64,000 nucleotides of DNA. Origin: Octopus sinensis. Its lineage: Eukaryota. The position numbers were made by a program, and so were the translations under genes. The stretch is taken from NCBI RefSeq assembly GCF_006345805.1, contig NC_043005.1:64046001-64110000 (forward strand). Reading direction: 5' to 3'. The notes beneath the pieces were generated by a model. It was given only the letters and a program-made list of their open reading frames with translations. It searched no databases and was not told the origin of the DNA. Shown here piece by piece: positions 48,921 through 63,411 of this stretch; within the stretch, counting starts at the first letter, position 1, and every line of letters starts with the position of its first letter.

Positions 48921-51900
48921 GTGCCTGCATGTGTATGATATTATACTTATATTTTTAGTAAAATATCTCCGTGAGTAAAGCCCAGGATATATCACCGCAT
49001 CTTTAGTTTGTTTGTTTTTTGGGGTTTTTTTTTTTCTTTTTTTACTTTTAGTGCGTTTATTTAGTTTCTAGTAGGTATAGATCCATGGTTACAGGTAAAA
49101 GAAAAGGATATTCATTGATTAGTGCTTGATTCTTTTAGCAAGTGGAAATATATACGGAGATCGATACACACATACGCACATATTCACAACCACACACACA
49201 CACACATATATATATACATGCACATACAAACAGGCGCGCGCGCGCACTCAGATGGAAGCAGATAGATACAATAATATATTCTCAACAAATAATTGCCAGA
49301 AGCAAAAGTATAATTTGATTGAAAACCTTAAATTTCTATGTGACAGAAATAATCATGTTACTTATGGCGACCTAGATAGAGAGAAAGAGAGCCTGTACGA
49401 CCGTGTATGCGCTTGTATACTCTTGTATAGATAAGAGAATTGTACGTCGATATAGATTTGTCCAACCGGTTTTTCTATACAGCTTTTTTTATGATTGAGT
49501 TGTCTACATGGTAATTAGTCGTTTATTCTCAATTAGCCGAAACACTGTTAATTTTGTAGAATCACATTTTCAATTTTGTCCTTCACCTCATGCAGTCTCA
49601 AAAGTTATGAAGAAAAATAAATCGTACAAATATATACTGCCATGTGATCCTATGCTGTGTGTATACGTACTCAAGCACATACACGCTTATATACATAAAG
49701 CTTCCGCTATCACTCTCTCTTTCTCTTTCTCTCTCTCTCTCCTTCTCTCTGTATTTCAGTTATGCTTTCTTATCAGAACTCTAATTCTCTCATTCTCTCT
49801 CTACTCTCTCTATTCGCTTTCGCCCTCTCTCCTTCTCTTATATGTGACACTTTAGCGAAATTATATCTGAAACGCCATTACTGTTACATGCCTCCTAGTC
49901 ATATGAAAAGATGTTCAAACTTGTCTTATGAGTTATCTCATTTCTCTTTCCTTAATATACATCTAGGGTCTTGTTTTCACTCAATAGAAATCAATATATT
50001 CTGTATTGTCTGTCCATATTATACGTTGATATCGTGATATCACGTAACGAACCTCAATGAACACGACTTAAGCTCCCGGCGAATCAAGTTCGTTAGGCTA
50101 TTCCAATTACCAAATGGAGCCCGTGTATAGATACACACATACCAGTGAGTGCGTATCTATCCAAATGAGTATTTAGATCTCAGTGTGTGTGTTTGTGTAC
50201 ATGTGGATGTGTGTGTGCGTGCGCGTGTGTGAGTAACTGTGTGCGTGCGTTTATGTGCGTGAGAGAGTGTGCGAATATGCGTGCTATGCGCCATTGTGAA
50301 CAATCTTGTGGTCAACCAATTCTGTAACATATGTTCGTTTCCTGGTTGTAGTTGTTTTGTTTACTCAAGTGCTTTTCTTGAATAAATTATGGCTGCTGCA
50401 ACTACCGGTATCCTATTACTTGAAAATGCAAGATCTTAATTCTGCTGGTCAGGCATTGATATTCATTCTATTCTCGAACATAAAATGAATTCATTAATTA
50501 AGCAGACTTCAAAAATTTGCAGACAAAATTTAAGCTTTTTCACAGGAAGGCAATATTTATTCCTTGTTTTGATTTAGTTCTTTCTTGTTAGATATATTTG
50601 CAAATATACTTTTATAATAGCTGTAATATACTCGCGATCGACACGTGTAGTTTTAGAGAGTTGTCTACGATTTTAGAAATGTAAATTGTGTGACACCCGA
50701 TTTGTACAGCGAATAACCAGTGAGATAAATAAATATTTAATACTTAAGGACAGATATTGAAAGAGTCTGAGGTGTTTACCTGACTAATACTACAAGTTTA
50801 TTGACAGAAACACTCACCTTGCATTATATTTCTCCTCGAATTCTCCGTAGTTCAGAGAATAATGATATATAAGGTTATTTATTTGTGTTATTATTGTTTA
50901 AACGTTTGATCGCTGATTTCTATGTGGTGAATAATAAAGTAAATATTAATCTCTGCCAAGGAGCATTAAATGGTTTCACTTTCGCAAAACTATTCACTTC
51001 TGCTGGGACGGTTTGAATTACGAAGGTTCACCACAAGTCAATCGGGCTAATCACTCGCTTGTAGGAATAACTTACTATGACATGTCAAGTTATTCCTTCT
51101 ATCTATTGCACTTATATATGGTATAGATAACTGTTTATCCATATTTGAAATTAACGATTATAACCATTGTATATGTGATGCCTGACAGGAACATAAAGGA
51201 TATAGGATCGTTGAAAAGTAAAGGTTAAAGGCCTTTGTGAGAGACGAGAAATATGACTTCACCTGGCTACATAAAGGTAATAATGTAGAAAGCTCTTGAT
51301 ACAGCCGTAGCATGAATGCATGTCAGGCACCATAAATTACATGACAAAGGAAAGTAACTGGAACAAAAGATAAATCGCCTCACAATTTAACAATTTCCAA
51401 AAATGAGCCAAAAATACAAGGTCTGAAAGATGCACAATGTGACAGTACACCTTTGATGCAAGTCTGATGTATTGCCTCTCTAATGCCTAAAATCGCAAAT
51501 ATTACGTAAATCTTTGCGTAAACTGGCGGCGTTGAAAATAGAGCTGGTACAGAAACAATTGTAACGAATCGTTAACAGTATCTTAAAGAATTTTCTTTGT
51601 CTTCTTATCGTTTGTATATATATATATATATATATATATATTCAGGGATAGTGAGAAAGAGAGGGCAGGGAAAAGAATGGAGAGACTGGTACCACATTTC
51701 TTACCTGTTTTCAGCCGTTTCAACAACATTTGTGTCAAACGAAGTAATGTTGTAAAACATGAATGTAAGCGATGATTATATAATATTGATTATATATTAT
51801 TGATTATATAACGGATTATATAACTCATAGCCACTTCAAACATTCGAACAAATTCACCTATATATACAGATTGTTTAGAGGGAGGAGTTCATATTCTTGT

Positions 51901-52359
51901 AGGAGGTTCAACAAAACATGCAAAAAGAAAAGAAAGAGTAAAAATGATAGCTTTTGTGTATCAATTGATAATATCATTTTTGAAGTTGAACTTGTTAATT
52001 AATTTGAGCATCGAGACAGTTGTCTGATCGAGAGTTAAATCTTTGTATCATTGTACAGTGTCATAAAACAACTGGGGTGGGAATTCCTGGAATAGCATCA
52101 AAGAAAACCTTAATGATCAGAGATATAACAGAGAAAAAAGATAGGCACAAAGAATTGGGTGAGAGAAGGATAAATTGAAAGGATAAGAACAATAGAATCA
52201 CGCTTAGATGAAAGGAGTGATTAGCTATACGCTTAAAGGAGACAAGCAATTGCTATAGGGTTAGTGATATATAATATATAGATATACACACACACACACA
52301 CACACACAGATATATATAGTAAAATAATGAAATGATATTTCATAGTTAAAGATGAGATT

Positions 52360-52768
52360 ACTCTTTTACTCTTTTACTTGTTTCAGTCATTTCTCTGTGG
52401 CCATGCTGGAGCACCGCCTTTAGTCGAGCAAATCGACCCCAGGAATTATTCCTTGTGAGCCCAAAATATTCTTTCGTTCTCTTTTGCCGAACCGCTAAGT
52501 TTCGGAGACGTAAACACACCAGCATCGGTTGTCAAGCGATGTTGGGATGACAAACACAGACACACAAACGTATACACACACAAACAATACATACCCCTTC
52601 CCCCCCCCATATATATATATATATATATATATATACACGACGGGCCCCTCTCAGCCTCTGTGCACCAAATCCACTCACAAGGCTTTGGTCGGCCCGAGGC
52701 TATAGTAGAAGACACTTGCCCAAGGTGCTACGCATGTGGTTCGTAAGCAGCTATTTACCACACTGCCA
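52360..52768 (-). mobile_element. SINE family A
   Basis: CTCTTTTACTCTTTTACTTGTTTCAGTCA tail, internal microsatellite and head on the minus strand. Confidence 0.88.
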
Positions 52769-52931
52769 ATAATCGTAAAAAAAGGAATATAGATGGTTAT
52801 ACAGCTATACATAAAGAAACATATATATTTATATAATATATATATATATACGCAGATTCATATACATATATACGCATATATAGGTGTGTATATGAGTATC
52901 TGTGCATATATTGTATTATATATGAATATAT

Positions 52932-52993
<62 letters not shown>

Positions 52994-53230
52994 TAAGTTG
53001 TATCATAAGTTGAAGACGGGAAGGATGACTTCCCTTCACAAATACTGATAGGGCACATATAGTGTGTCTATAGCCAGCTGGAGGAGGTATCTTCCTGGGG
53101 CTACAAACTACAGTAGCATCCACCCTTAGGAGTTAGCCATATTCAAATTGCAAATATGTGTCACGATGTGTTACCGCTACTGTTTATAACTCGCTCTGAG
53201 ATTTATCATTATATTTATATATATATATAT

Positions 53231-53275
<45 letters not shown>

Positions 53276-55054
53276 ATATATATAGATATATATATATATA
53301 TACATATGTGTATGTGTGTATGTGTGTGTGTGCGCGCGCGCGCTATAATCAAATAGATAAACATGTAATGACTACAGCAAATCGAAATTATCACTAGACG
53401 TAACAGAAAATGAAAAAGTGAAGTGTGAAAACAAGGACATTTAGGAGCGACAAAATAAGCTGACATAAGAAGTTTAGATGATATGATAAATGTTACACCA
53501 ACGGTGATGTAATGCAGTATCATATATTGATCTATATGTGTGTCAGTGTGCTTGTGTAAGTATATGCGTGTTTGTATGTTTAGATGTGTATCTCACGTAT
53601 TCTAATAAACAAAAAAGTCTCTTAACAGAAACGGAGAGGAATCAAAATAATTCTTTTAGAAGTTAGTCACATAATTCACATTGTATGTGTCTGTCCACTT
53701 CGAACCGACGATGCGATTGATAAAATATGTACCAGTAATATACTGAGTTCAAAATTCAATTCACCAACCTTTTCTTTTGCACAACTTTATCATTTATTCA
53801 ACTTAAAGTAATCAATATCTTTTATAAAATTTCCATTTCTTTTACTTCCATTTTTTTCTTTCATTTAACTTTATAAATAGGTTTGTCTTCGTTTCTTTCC
53901 CTCGCGATAATTTCTAGTTTGTTTGTGTGTATTTCATTTAAATTTTTCCATATAAGCTACTACATGGTACCGCCAGTCTTTGCAGAATATTGTCCAGAAT
54001 CTTCTGTCTTACGTCTCCTTTATCCCTCAGGTTTAGAATTAAGCAAAGAGATATTGCAGATGCTATTGACATGATCAAGATTCTGGGAATAGCTAGGTGA
54101 TGCTAAACTATTTGGTATTACTCATCAATTCCAGAATTTTATTTTTTACTTTCTTTTTCTTTTTACTTTCTTTAGGACGGTTTTAGATGGGGTGGCGGCA
54201 GTGTTCTTTCTTTATTCGATATTATTTTCTTTAAAAGTAATAAAAATAGCATATAAGAAAATAAAGTATTTACTGTTTTTTTTTTTTTCTTACCATTATA
54301 CTATTTTGTATAAAAAGACATACCAAAATGAAATGGAAAAAATCTTCTAAAACAAAAAGAAAAAAGTAATTTTGTTGTAAACTTAAAAAGCAAGACATGC
54401 AAACAGTGAGTTTGGTAAAAAAAAATTAGACATAAAAACATAAATCAAAACAAAGTAGAAAAAAATGTGAGCAATTTTATTTATTTTAATCTTAGAAACA
54501 GTTTCATGCTTTATATTGGTTTAAACTAAAATTGATTTTGTTCACTCGCGTCCTATTTTATTCTTTTTAGCTTTGAGCAATGCTTAGAAGATATATTCTC
54601 TCGTTTTCTCTCTCTCTCTTAATCTCGCCTTTACCCCCTCTCTCTCTCTTTATGTGTGTGTGTGTACGTTTGTATATACATAGACGCACTCATACACACA
54701 CGCGCATATATATATATGTAAAAATATATACATACGCATACATATATGTGTGCATCTCTGTGTGTGTGTATCTTTCGACATACACATATATAAATACATA
54801 CACGTAGATACAAACACATACATCTACCGCACCATACTACACACCCAGCACGCAAATAGATAGAGAGAGACAGAATGAGAGAGTTGCCTATACGTGTGTT
54901 TGTATACATTTATCTATTTACCTATTGTTTTTTCTTTCTTATGGTGGCCCTTCCTTTTTCTAAACCTTCAATACACTTTACTGTCTCATCGAAGCTTTTT
55001 TTCTTTTCCTGATCTTTAAGAAGTTGACAAAGAAATTATCTCATCTTTCTTCCA

Positions 55055-55129
<75 letters not shown>

Positions 55130-56528
55130 TTCCCATAGCTTCTCGCCTTCCATTTCCCTTTTTAAATATTTCTCTAATTTTCTTTCTCTCGGTATCTCTA
55201 TCGCCAGCGTAAAATTTTTACTTTCAGTTTTAAGTAATGTGGTGGAAAAACATCTTTTTCTCCTTTAACCTGTATCCTTCACTTTTTTTCTCTCTTATCT
55301 ATCTATCTCTCTTTCGTTTTATCTTTCTATATATCTATTTATCTATGTATCTATCTGTCTATACCTATTTCTTTCATTCTTTTCCGTATTTAAACAACAT
55401 AATGACTACCTATATTTCATTCTTTAACTCTTTCTATTTTTCCTATCATTTTCGTATTAATCTCTTGTCAGCTGTTATTTACTCAGTCGATTTTGCAAAA
55501 TATATTACAATACCACTTAAATACACAATAAAAAAGAAGTAGATTCGGAAAATTGAAAACTGAAGGCAGTATTAATGTACAAAGTGTAGTTAGTTATTGA
55601 CTGAAAATTTTGAATTCATCGTAGTCAAGTTAAATAGCCATTTAATAGGAGAGTCTAACACCGTAATATTATATCGAATGCAACAATCATACGGCAACCA
55701 ACTAGAAGAACAAAACATATACAAACTATCGCACTCTCCTGATCTAGTTTTTTTTTTTCATTCGCAAAATATGCATTTTTTGAAAGACAGCAAAAAATCT
55801 GAAAATCGGCTAAAATAATGTAGCCTTCCAGTCTCGTTGCTTTGAAGGTAAGGTGTTGTGGAGAAAAATGTTACAGAGGTTTTAAAATCGAAAAAACTGT
55901 ATATTTTTAGCCAATACCGAGACAGAAATTTTCTGCGTTTAGCGGATCGGTGTCAGCTTTAAGGTTGTACCCTGGGAAATTTAGAGTTTAACGTCTGACC
56001 TGTTCATTGTAGGTTTCTAAATAAACAGAATTACCCAATAAAATCAACATGTATCATCATCTTATTGTTTCTTTGTCTCTTCATTGATTGTATGGCTTTA
56101 TTTTTTTATTTGCTATATTAATATATTTGTCTGCTTGTGTATTATGTATACCTGTCATGTATATGTGGATGTATGTATTGATATATAAGTTTATATGTAC
56201 ATTTATGTATTCATGTGTGTGTGTGTGTGTGTAAAGTTTTCATGTTTTGTAAACTATGATAAGAATAACAATGATCAACAAAGAATTTGTCCCAAGAAAA
56301 AGAATAGCTGTACGTTATACGTTTTTGTGTATAGATTCAATTCGAATCCCCATTTTGAATTGCATCTAATACTCAAAATTTGAAAAGCTTCAGCGAAACC
56401 GGTCAGTTTATTAGAGGGAAAAAATCTTATTTTGTATAATATTATATAATACTTTTGCCATAAAGATTTAAATATATTCTTTGGTCTCGTAAAACAAATC
56501 TATATTTTTCATCTTATTTCTTTCCTTG

Positions 56529-57200
56529 TGAGGGGTTCTTTAAAAAGTTAAATCCATTTTGTTTTATCACGTCAACATTTTCCATAAACTCAAATGTCCA
56601 ATTTTCAACATTTCCGGTATTGTCACCATTTCTAAAGATAGACTCGACTTCATCCAATGTAGACCAATATATGAAGCTTGACATAATGTTAGAAATTTAA
56701 TTTTGTGATACCATTTAAAATAATTGCAACTACAAAACTGAAAACAAAGTCATGATTTAAGTATCTTCAGTAAATAAAATATATCAAACTTCAACAACTA
56801 TCACTATTTTCAATCTAACCAGTTTTCAATGTCATGATGCTAACATAAATGCCTATCGTAAAATTAGATGTTAATAAGCAAGAACATTTTTGTGGCCATT
56901 GACAACATACCTGTGGAATTTGTCTGCAGATATGTCCACGTTGTGCTTGATTTAGTGTGACTATCGTTGCAAAACAGGTGACATGTTTTCTTGAACCATT
57001 AGATATTTCTTACGAAACTTTTAAATGCGCCTTTAATGTTTTAATAGTAAGGTCACATGAGTCATGGTCACTCCTTGTCAAGCATGAGAGCTGTAGAACT
57101 TCATGGTAGTTGTGCTCTTTATGGAACTTTGCCATCATGAATCTGCAGTTACTTACTTTATAACTGTTGACAAGTATGAAAATGCTTTCCTCAGGTGACA
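56529..57200 (-). mobile_element. Possible very old mariner remnant
   Basis: TIR-like GAGGGGTTCTTTAAAAAGTT at about 56530, next to a minus-strand segment resembling a mariner C-terminus. Heavily decayed. Confidence 0.35.
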
Positions 57201-57244
57201 ACTGGCTTGAATACATGTTTTTTTTATTTCAAACATACGACCAG

Positions 57245-57830
57245 TTGTGAGACAAGATAATGCAAAAACAGCCCCCAGTGTCTCCGTCTATATTTCTCAT
57301 TGATAAACTTTACTTAGGCAGCGAAACAAAATCAGCAAATTTTGTGAAGAACGCTAACCTTAATTAATTTGGCATGAAACTGGGTGATCAAGATAAAACC
57401 TGAGCACTCCACATAGTGTGTAAAACATGCGTTGAAACACTGAAATAGTGACTGCTTCAAATACTGAAGCAGAAAGTGTCCAGCTTTGTCTTGTGAGAAA
57501 ATTACGGTTGGTGTGTCTGACAGGCCACAAATTATGTAGCTATTGCTGGACGAGTAGTTTTTGAGAACACGTCTGGAAATGATGCATGGAACGCTTTGGT
57601 TGCAGTTCTGTCTAATTTCCTGGGAAAGAGGAACTCATCAAATTATGAAGAACTTGTTCAGACTCTGCTACCAGTCTTTCTGCACAATCATCTGAACTAT
57701 TTCTCTGAAAATCGTAGTAAAATAAGTAATGAGTAAAGAAAAAGTTTCCACCAAGAAACTGAGACCACGGATACTAGGTATCAAGGAAGGGGGAACGCAA
57801 ATATGATAGCTGACTACCGCTGGTCTCAGC
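57245..57830 (+). mobile_element. Internally deleted transposase fossil, Chapaev-3 (CMC)-like
   Basis: Across frames: FGMKLGDQDKT*ALHIVCKTCVETLK, DAWNALVAVLSNFLGKRNSSNYEELVQTLL, FLHNHLNYFSEN..SNE*RKSFHQE, YQGRGNANMIADYRWS. Superfamily assignment is from memory of these motifs. Confidence 0.7.
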
Positions 57831-59165
57831 AAAAAAACTGTCGTGATGCAAGTTATTCACGCAAAGCAGCAAATGCTTATTGTTAATTGTCTTAGGTGTC
57901 TGTGTACCTGCGAGTGGGCACAGACTTCTCTCTCGGTCTCCCTTGAACCAGTGGAACAACCAGGAAAGCACAAATGAAAGAAAAGACGGCTGCACTCGAA
58001 CTTGGTTGGTAATCATTTCAAGTGATTAGACTAGAGTAATGTGAAATAAACTGCTTTGCTAAAACACAGAACATGCGGTCTGGCCAAAAAAATCGAACCC
58101 ATATCTTTGTGACAGTGAGATGAATAACCTGACCGCAAAGCCACTCGCGTTCACAGGAATATAAATGTCTAAACGTCAATTATATCCATAGTAATGTAAT
58201 ACTTACTACCGTAGTCGTAATCACCATCGTTATCACAATTTTTTTTCTGCGACCATTGCCTCCTTTATCTCACCATCATATTCCTCTGAACATCATCATA
58301 ATTCCTTATGAACATCGGCAACGCGTAAGATCATCATCGTCATCTTTCACACGATCACTATCGCCCTCAGCACCAGTATCACTAACATTACTGTTGCGAC
58401 AATATTTACAAAACCAATGATATTGACAATGCGCTTACTGCCTTTATTATGTCACGCTCACACGATCCGAATTCACATCCAACCTATCGCCATACCGAGA
58501 CTACCATCACAACAACCACAATCAAACCACATTCTACTGTCTTAAATAAGGAAATAATTCTTTGTCTAATGTAGTCCTGATCACGTATAAAATACCTTTG
58601 ATCATAAATCTGCTACATCAATGTTGATATGAAGTTAAACAATAACAACCAGAACAATCGCCGTTATCATGCCGACCATATGATAACGAAGTGAATTAAG
58701 TGTCTCTACCATGGCTACAGGAATAAGCGTAGCATTGTATGGGAAGTTATAATTCATGGACACCTAGCCGATGCAACGATAATCGATACCAACACGACAA
58801 GCTAATGACCAGCTAAAAATAACAGCTAGGTCACTCTCGAATCGCACTCAAGTGTCTTAAATGAAGATGGAAATATTGGGCAAGTTAGTTTCAGGCATAC
58901 AAACTATGGGGATGATTACAGCCTCAAAGCTCTTGACCGTAGCGCTGGTTGATCGAAGCTGACCTGGGACTAAACACCATCATCATACTGACGCAAGTTT
59001 TGAACAAGTAAAATATATCAAAATACATTGAGGATGATTCCAATTTGCATGATAAGGGATGGTAAGCCGGGAAGTCATTGGTACACAATTTGTAGCTGGT
59101 ACTCACATCATTTATGCTTACCTTAACGACAATGAGTTCTAATCGAATGAGTTCATCTAGTTCCA

Positions 59166-59230
<65 letters not shown>

Positions 59231-59477
59231 AGCATTTCAAAACAGATTTTAATATAGGCGCAAGGTTTGAAATTTGTTGTATAGGTGAGTCATTTCGATA
59301 TCTTTATTGGCTGTATTTCATTTTTTTTTTTTCGATCCCGAAAGGATGACAGGCAAAATTGATTTCGACTGGGACCAAATATTTTGGTAGATGAATATGT
59401 GCGGGAGTGATTTGGAAGAAGAAAGGATATTAGGATTAGATTACTAATGAACTCCTGATGCACATGTATAAGACACA

Positions 59478-59672
59478 GTAAAGCTCCACGAGGCTCCGGC
59501 AGGGGGTGGTGGCGACCCCTGTTGTGCTCTTTCGCCACAGCTTTCTTTCATTCTCTCTTCCTGTTTCTTGGGTAACGCTGCGATAGACTAGCGTCCTGTC
59601 CAGCTGGGGGAAACACATACGCCACAGAAACCGGGAAACCGGGCCCATGAGCCTGGCTAGGCTTGAAAAGGG
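59478..59672 (+). mobile_element. Headless SINE family B fragment
   Basis: TAAAGCTCCACGAGGCTCCGGCAGGGG body as in 19510; GAAACCGGGAAACCGGGCCCATGAGCC tail as in 33975. Confidence 0.8.
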
Positions 59673-59812
59673 TGACGGAGGAGGATAGGACAGCTCAATC
59701 AGGTTAGAGATAGTGCTAAGTACAATGCTTACACACAGTAATGACATAATTAACTTTGTCAAGGATTTGAACATTGCAAAGCGATTGGAAATAAAATGGT
59801 GAGAAAACCAAA

Positions 59813-59928
<116 letters not shown>

Positions 59929-60264
59929 TACTAAAATTCGTTTCTTTGAAATCGAAGTGTGGAAATAAATGTTTGATTCTGTTCGTGATATCGTCAATAG
60001 TAATTTAAAACAAGTGGGTGTTTTGTAATAATTATAAATCACGTATCGGTGTTAAAACACCTTGATTTGCTTTGTACTACTTGGGTGGTTGCGGTGATGG
60101 TAGAGGGGTGGATATTTTTAATCAATGATTAGGTTTAACTGTTCTGCAAAACTGTTCTGCTTAACACTTCTCCACCTTACCTGCCCTTGTTTGCACTACA
60201 GTATTCAGAGTGATGTGATCGTAACGATGATTGCTTCAGGCAGTAAAGATAGATACGGCTGTAG

Positions 60265-60788
60265 GGATGGTGGTCGTCGTTGTCGTCGGCGGCGGTGGCG
60301 TCGTGCTGCTGCTGCTGCTGATGATGATGATGATTATGATGATGGTGCTGATGCTGATGCTGATGCTGGTGGTATTGGTGATGATGATGCGATACGGGTG
60401 TTGGTATTGATCATCGCCGTTGTAATGATGGTGGTGATGGTGGGGAGGTGGGGTTGGTGGTGATGGATTATACTGGTAGTGACGGTGCAAGTTATCGTTG
60501 TATCGGATATTTGAGTCTATTGTAGGAGGAATCAAGAAAGCTTTTTGGGAAGTCAGTTACTACGGCAAAAGCGCGATGGTCCTGAGAGGTAAGCAAGAAC
60601 TTTTTGTAACATCTGTGGTGCTGGCAGACACATTGTTTTGTTGTTGTTGCTACTACAATTGCTGCTGCTGTCTTCTTCTTCTTCTTCTTCTTCTTCTTCT
60701 TCTTCTCTTCTTCTTCTTCTTCTTCTTCTTCTTCTTCTTCGTCTTCTTCTTCTTCTTCTTCTTCTTCTTCATCTTCTTCTTCTTCTTC
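60265..60788. repeat. Cluster of trinucleotide repeats (GCT/GAT/GGT, TTG, TTC)
   Basis: Direct reading; (TTC)n at 60671-60788. Confidence 0.95.
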
Positions 60789-60789
60789 C

Positions 60790-61231
60790 AATCAGGACTC
60801 ACGCCACTAGCCACAAAAAATAATCTCTAATTCGAGTCTACTCTAAGCTACTAAGAATGCGTGTTGCAACTTGAAGATCCACCCACCACACGCGATAGAC
60901 TGGCGGTTGCACGGGCGCGAAAGCTACGTTGTTATCCTCATTCCGTAAACGGTGGCTTTTAACTGGTGGAGAGCTGAACCATCCCAGAGTACAGAGAATT
61001 CGCAATCTAGACTAGGGTCTCTGCTTTGTAGCAGAAGTAAGAAGAAAGAGTGAGAGAAAGTTGTGGTGAAAGAGTACAACGGAGTTCACCCACCAAACCC
61101 CCTGCCCCACCGGAGCTTCGTGTAGCTTAGGTGTTCTTGCTCAATAAACACTCACAATGCCCGGTCTGGGATTGAACCACGATCTTTCGTCAGCGATCCC
61201 GCTACCCTAACTAGTGCGCCAATTCGCCTCC
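60790..61231 (-). mobile_element. SINE family B head/body with a long distinct tail ending at (GAA)n
   Basis: 61040-61231 matches 19625-19808; about 250 bp of further sequence runs into the (TTC)n tract. Membership of the tail is inferred. Confidence 0.65.
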
Positions 61232-61578
61232 ACTTGCTATTGTTGTCGTCGTCGTTGTTGTTGTTGTTGTTGTAGTTGTTGAATCCACAAGTCAACCTCG
61301 AGGCAGAACAGACCATGCTCTAGAGACGTTCCAGGAGTAACTCTCTCAGTTTTTTTATTCTTTTATTTTACAAACATACTATATGTAAGAGAGCATGGCC
61401 TTACTTTTCGAGAGCTGCAATTTGAGGAAGGTGTAGCTATTGTTTTCTAGTAGTTCGAGTAACCATTTACAGCAGCTCTTGCTCTTTGACTCGACAAAGA
61501 TTAGCGTGGTTCTTTTGACCTCTAGAAACTCTGAACGAACAGACACACGAACAATGGCATTCCAAAAATAATCATACC

Positions 61579-61780
61579 TATTTCCCTATTACCCACAAGG
61601 GGCTAAACTTAGAGGGGACAAACAAGGACAGACATAGGTATTAAGTCGATTACATCAACCTCAGTGCTTAACTGGTACTTAATTTATCGACCCCGAAAGG
61701 ATTAAAGGAAAAGTCGACCTCGGCGGAAATACAGCTACGCAATTCGTCCGACGTGCTAACGTTTCTGCCAGCTCGCCGCC
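61579..61780 (-). mobile_element. SINE family C with 18-bp TSD
   Basis: TSD TCCAAAAATAATCATACC at 61561-61578 and 61781-61798; internal deletion of the B-box region. Confidence 0.92.
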
Positions 61781-61933
61781 TCCAAAAATAATCATACCGT
61801 CGCTTTGTATGTACGGGATGTCATTACTCAAATATCTTTTCGTAATTTAACATAATAGGGTTTAACTTGAGGGCGATTTGATTGTTTCGAGCAAACCGAG
61901 CAATCACGAAGAAGCCTTATTGAATTGATAGAT

Positions 61934-62168
61934 GAAGGCGGCGAGCTGGCAGAAACGTTAGCGCGCCGTGCGAAATGCTTAGCAGTATTTTGTCTGTCGC
62001 TACGTTCTGAGTTCAAATTCTGCCGTGGTCGACTTTGCCTTTCATCCTTTCGGGTTCGATAAATTAAGTACCAGTTACGCACTGGGGTCGATATAATCGA
62101 CTTAATCCCTTTGTCTGCCCTTGTTTGTCCCCCCCTATGTTTGGCCCCTTGTGAGCAATAAATAAATA
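61934..62168 (+). mobile_element. SINE family C, full length, 13-bp TSD
   Basis: GGCGGCGAGCTGGCAGAAACG head, GAGTTCAAATTC B box, GCCTTTCATCCTTTCGGG..CGATAAATTAAGTACCAG central domain; TSD TGAATTGATAGAT at 61921-61933 and 62169-62181. Confidence 0.93.
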
Positions 62169-63411
62169 TGAATTGATAGATACGTTATTAAAGATGCTGC
62201 TATTCAGTTCTAGATTAACTTCGAATTAATAGTTGTGAAGACTTACAGCTTTAGCAAAACTGTATTTTCAGTGATCAAACAGCTCCCTAATCATTGGCAT
62301 TCCAGGCGTGACCATCCTATCTTTTTGAATGTCTAAAACTACATCTTCCAATGTGTCATTCCTCTTGCTTTGCGTAAGATTTAAGAGAAAATATGCTACT
62401 ATTTTTAACACATCGTGTGAAGTCGTAGCAGTTCCTCTCCTTCGTTAAATCAATAGAGATGATGTTGAGGAGAGCGGTGATTACAGAGGCGATGGCGTTT
62501 AGAGGACGTCATTGGACTTAGTGAAAGCGGGGACAAACCATATAGAATTGCGCCATTATTTGTATCTATTCTATATGATACAAATAATGTAATACTAATA
62601 GATGATGGATAGTATGATTACTATGACAACGGCGATAATAATGTAAATGGTTAATTATGCTTTAAAAAAATAATAAAACGAGGCATATATATGATCTACA
62701 TATATGTATGTCTCTTCTATTTTTTAATTATTATAAATTTTCCACTGAAGAGGGAGCCGGTTTTCAACAGAGAGACAAGGCTCCATCTTTGGGATGTAGT
62801 TAACACAGACAAATTCACATTTAGAACTTGAGAAAAATCTTGCATATTTATGCTGTTCCACTCACAGATTGCATTTGTAATGTACGGATATGTATGTATG
62901 CATGTATGTATGTATGTATGTATGTATGTATGTATGTATGTATGTATGTATGATTAATTGCAATTAGCACATCAGCAAAATATACTATTAAAAATTAATG
63001 GTAGTTTAATTTGCGAATGCGCGATTCTTGTTCTCATAATATACAAGTTAAATTATTTTCTATATTCTGCTTCTAAGATGTTGTTCGACAAGTTAGAAAT
63101 AGCAGTAAAATCTTCCCTAAATTCCCCCTATCCATTTAAATAAGAAAATAGAACCAAATAACCTATGATTAAAGGCATGGTTGGTATGCCTTCAGCCATA
63201 GGTTATCTCGATCAGGATTGATCTGCGACGAATCAATAGCAATCATAAATTTACTGATCCAAATATATAGAGTGAATCAATGAAGGAGCCACAATTCAAG
63301 AAGATCAGTGCGCGATGTTCAGCTGTCAAAAATACAATACGAAAATTAGAGATAATTTGGGAAATACGTTTCGCTTCACAGTACTATTTTCTAATACATA
63401 ACTTAATTTAA

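Noticed and set aside
60125-60830. Poly-D/A/E/K ORFs
   Set aside because: Trinucleotide repeat translations; no unique coding flanks.
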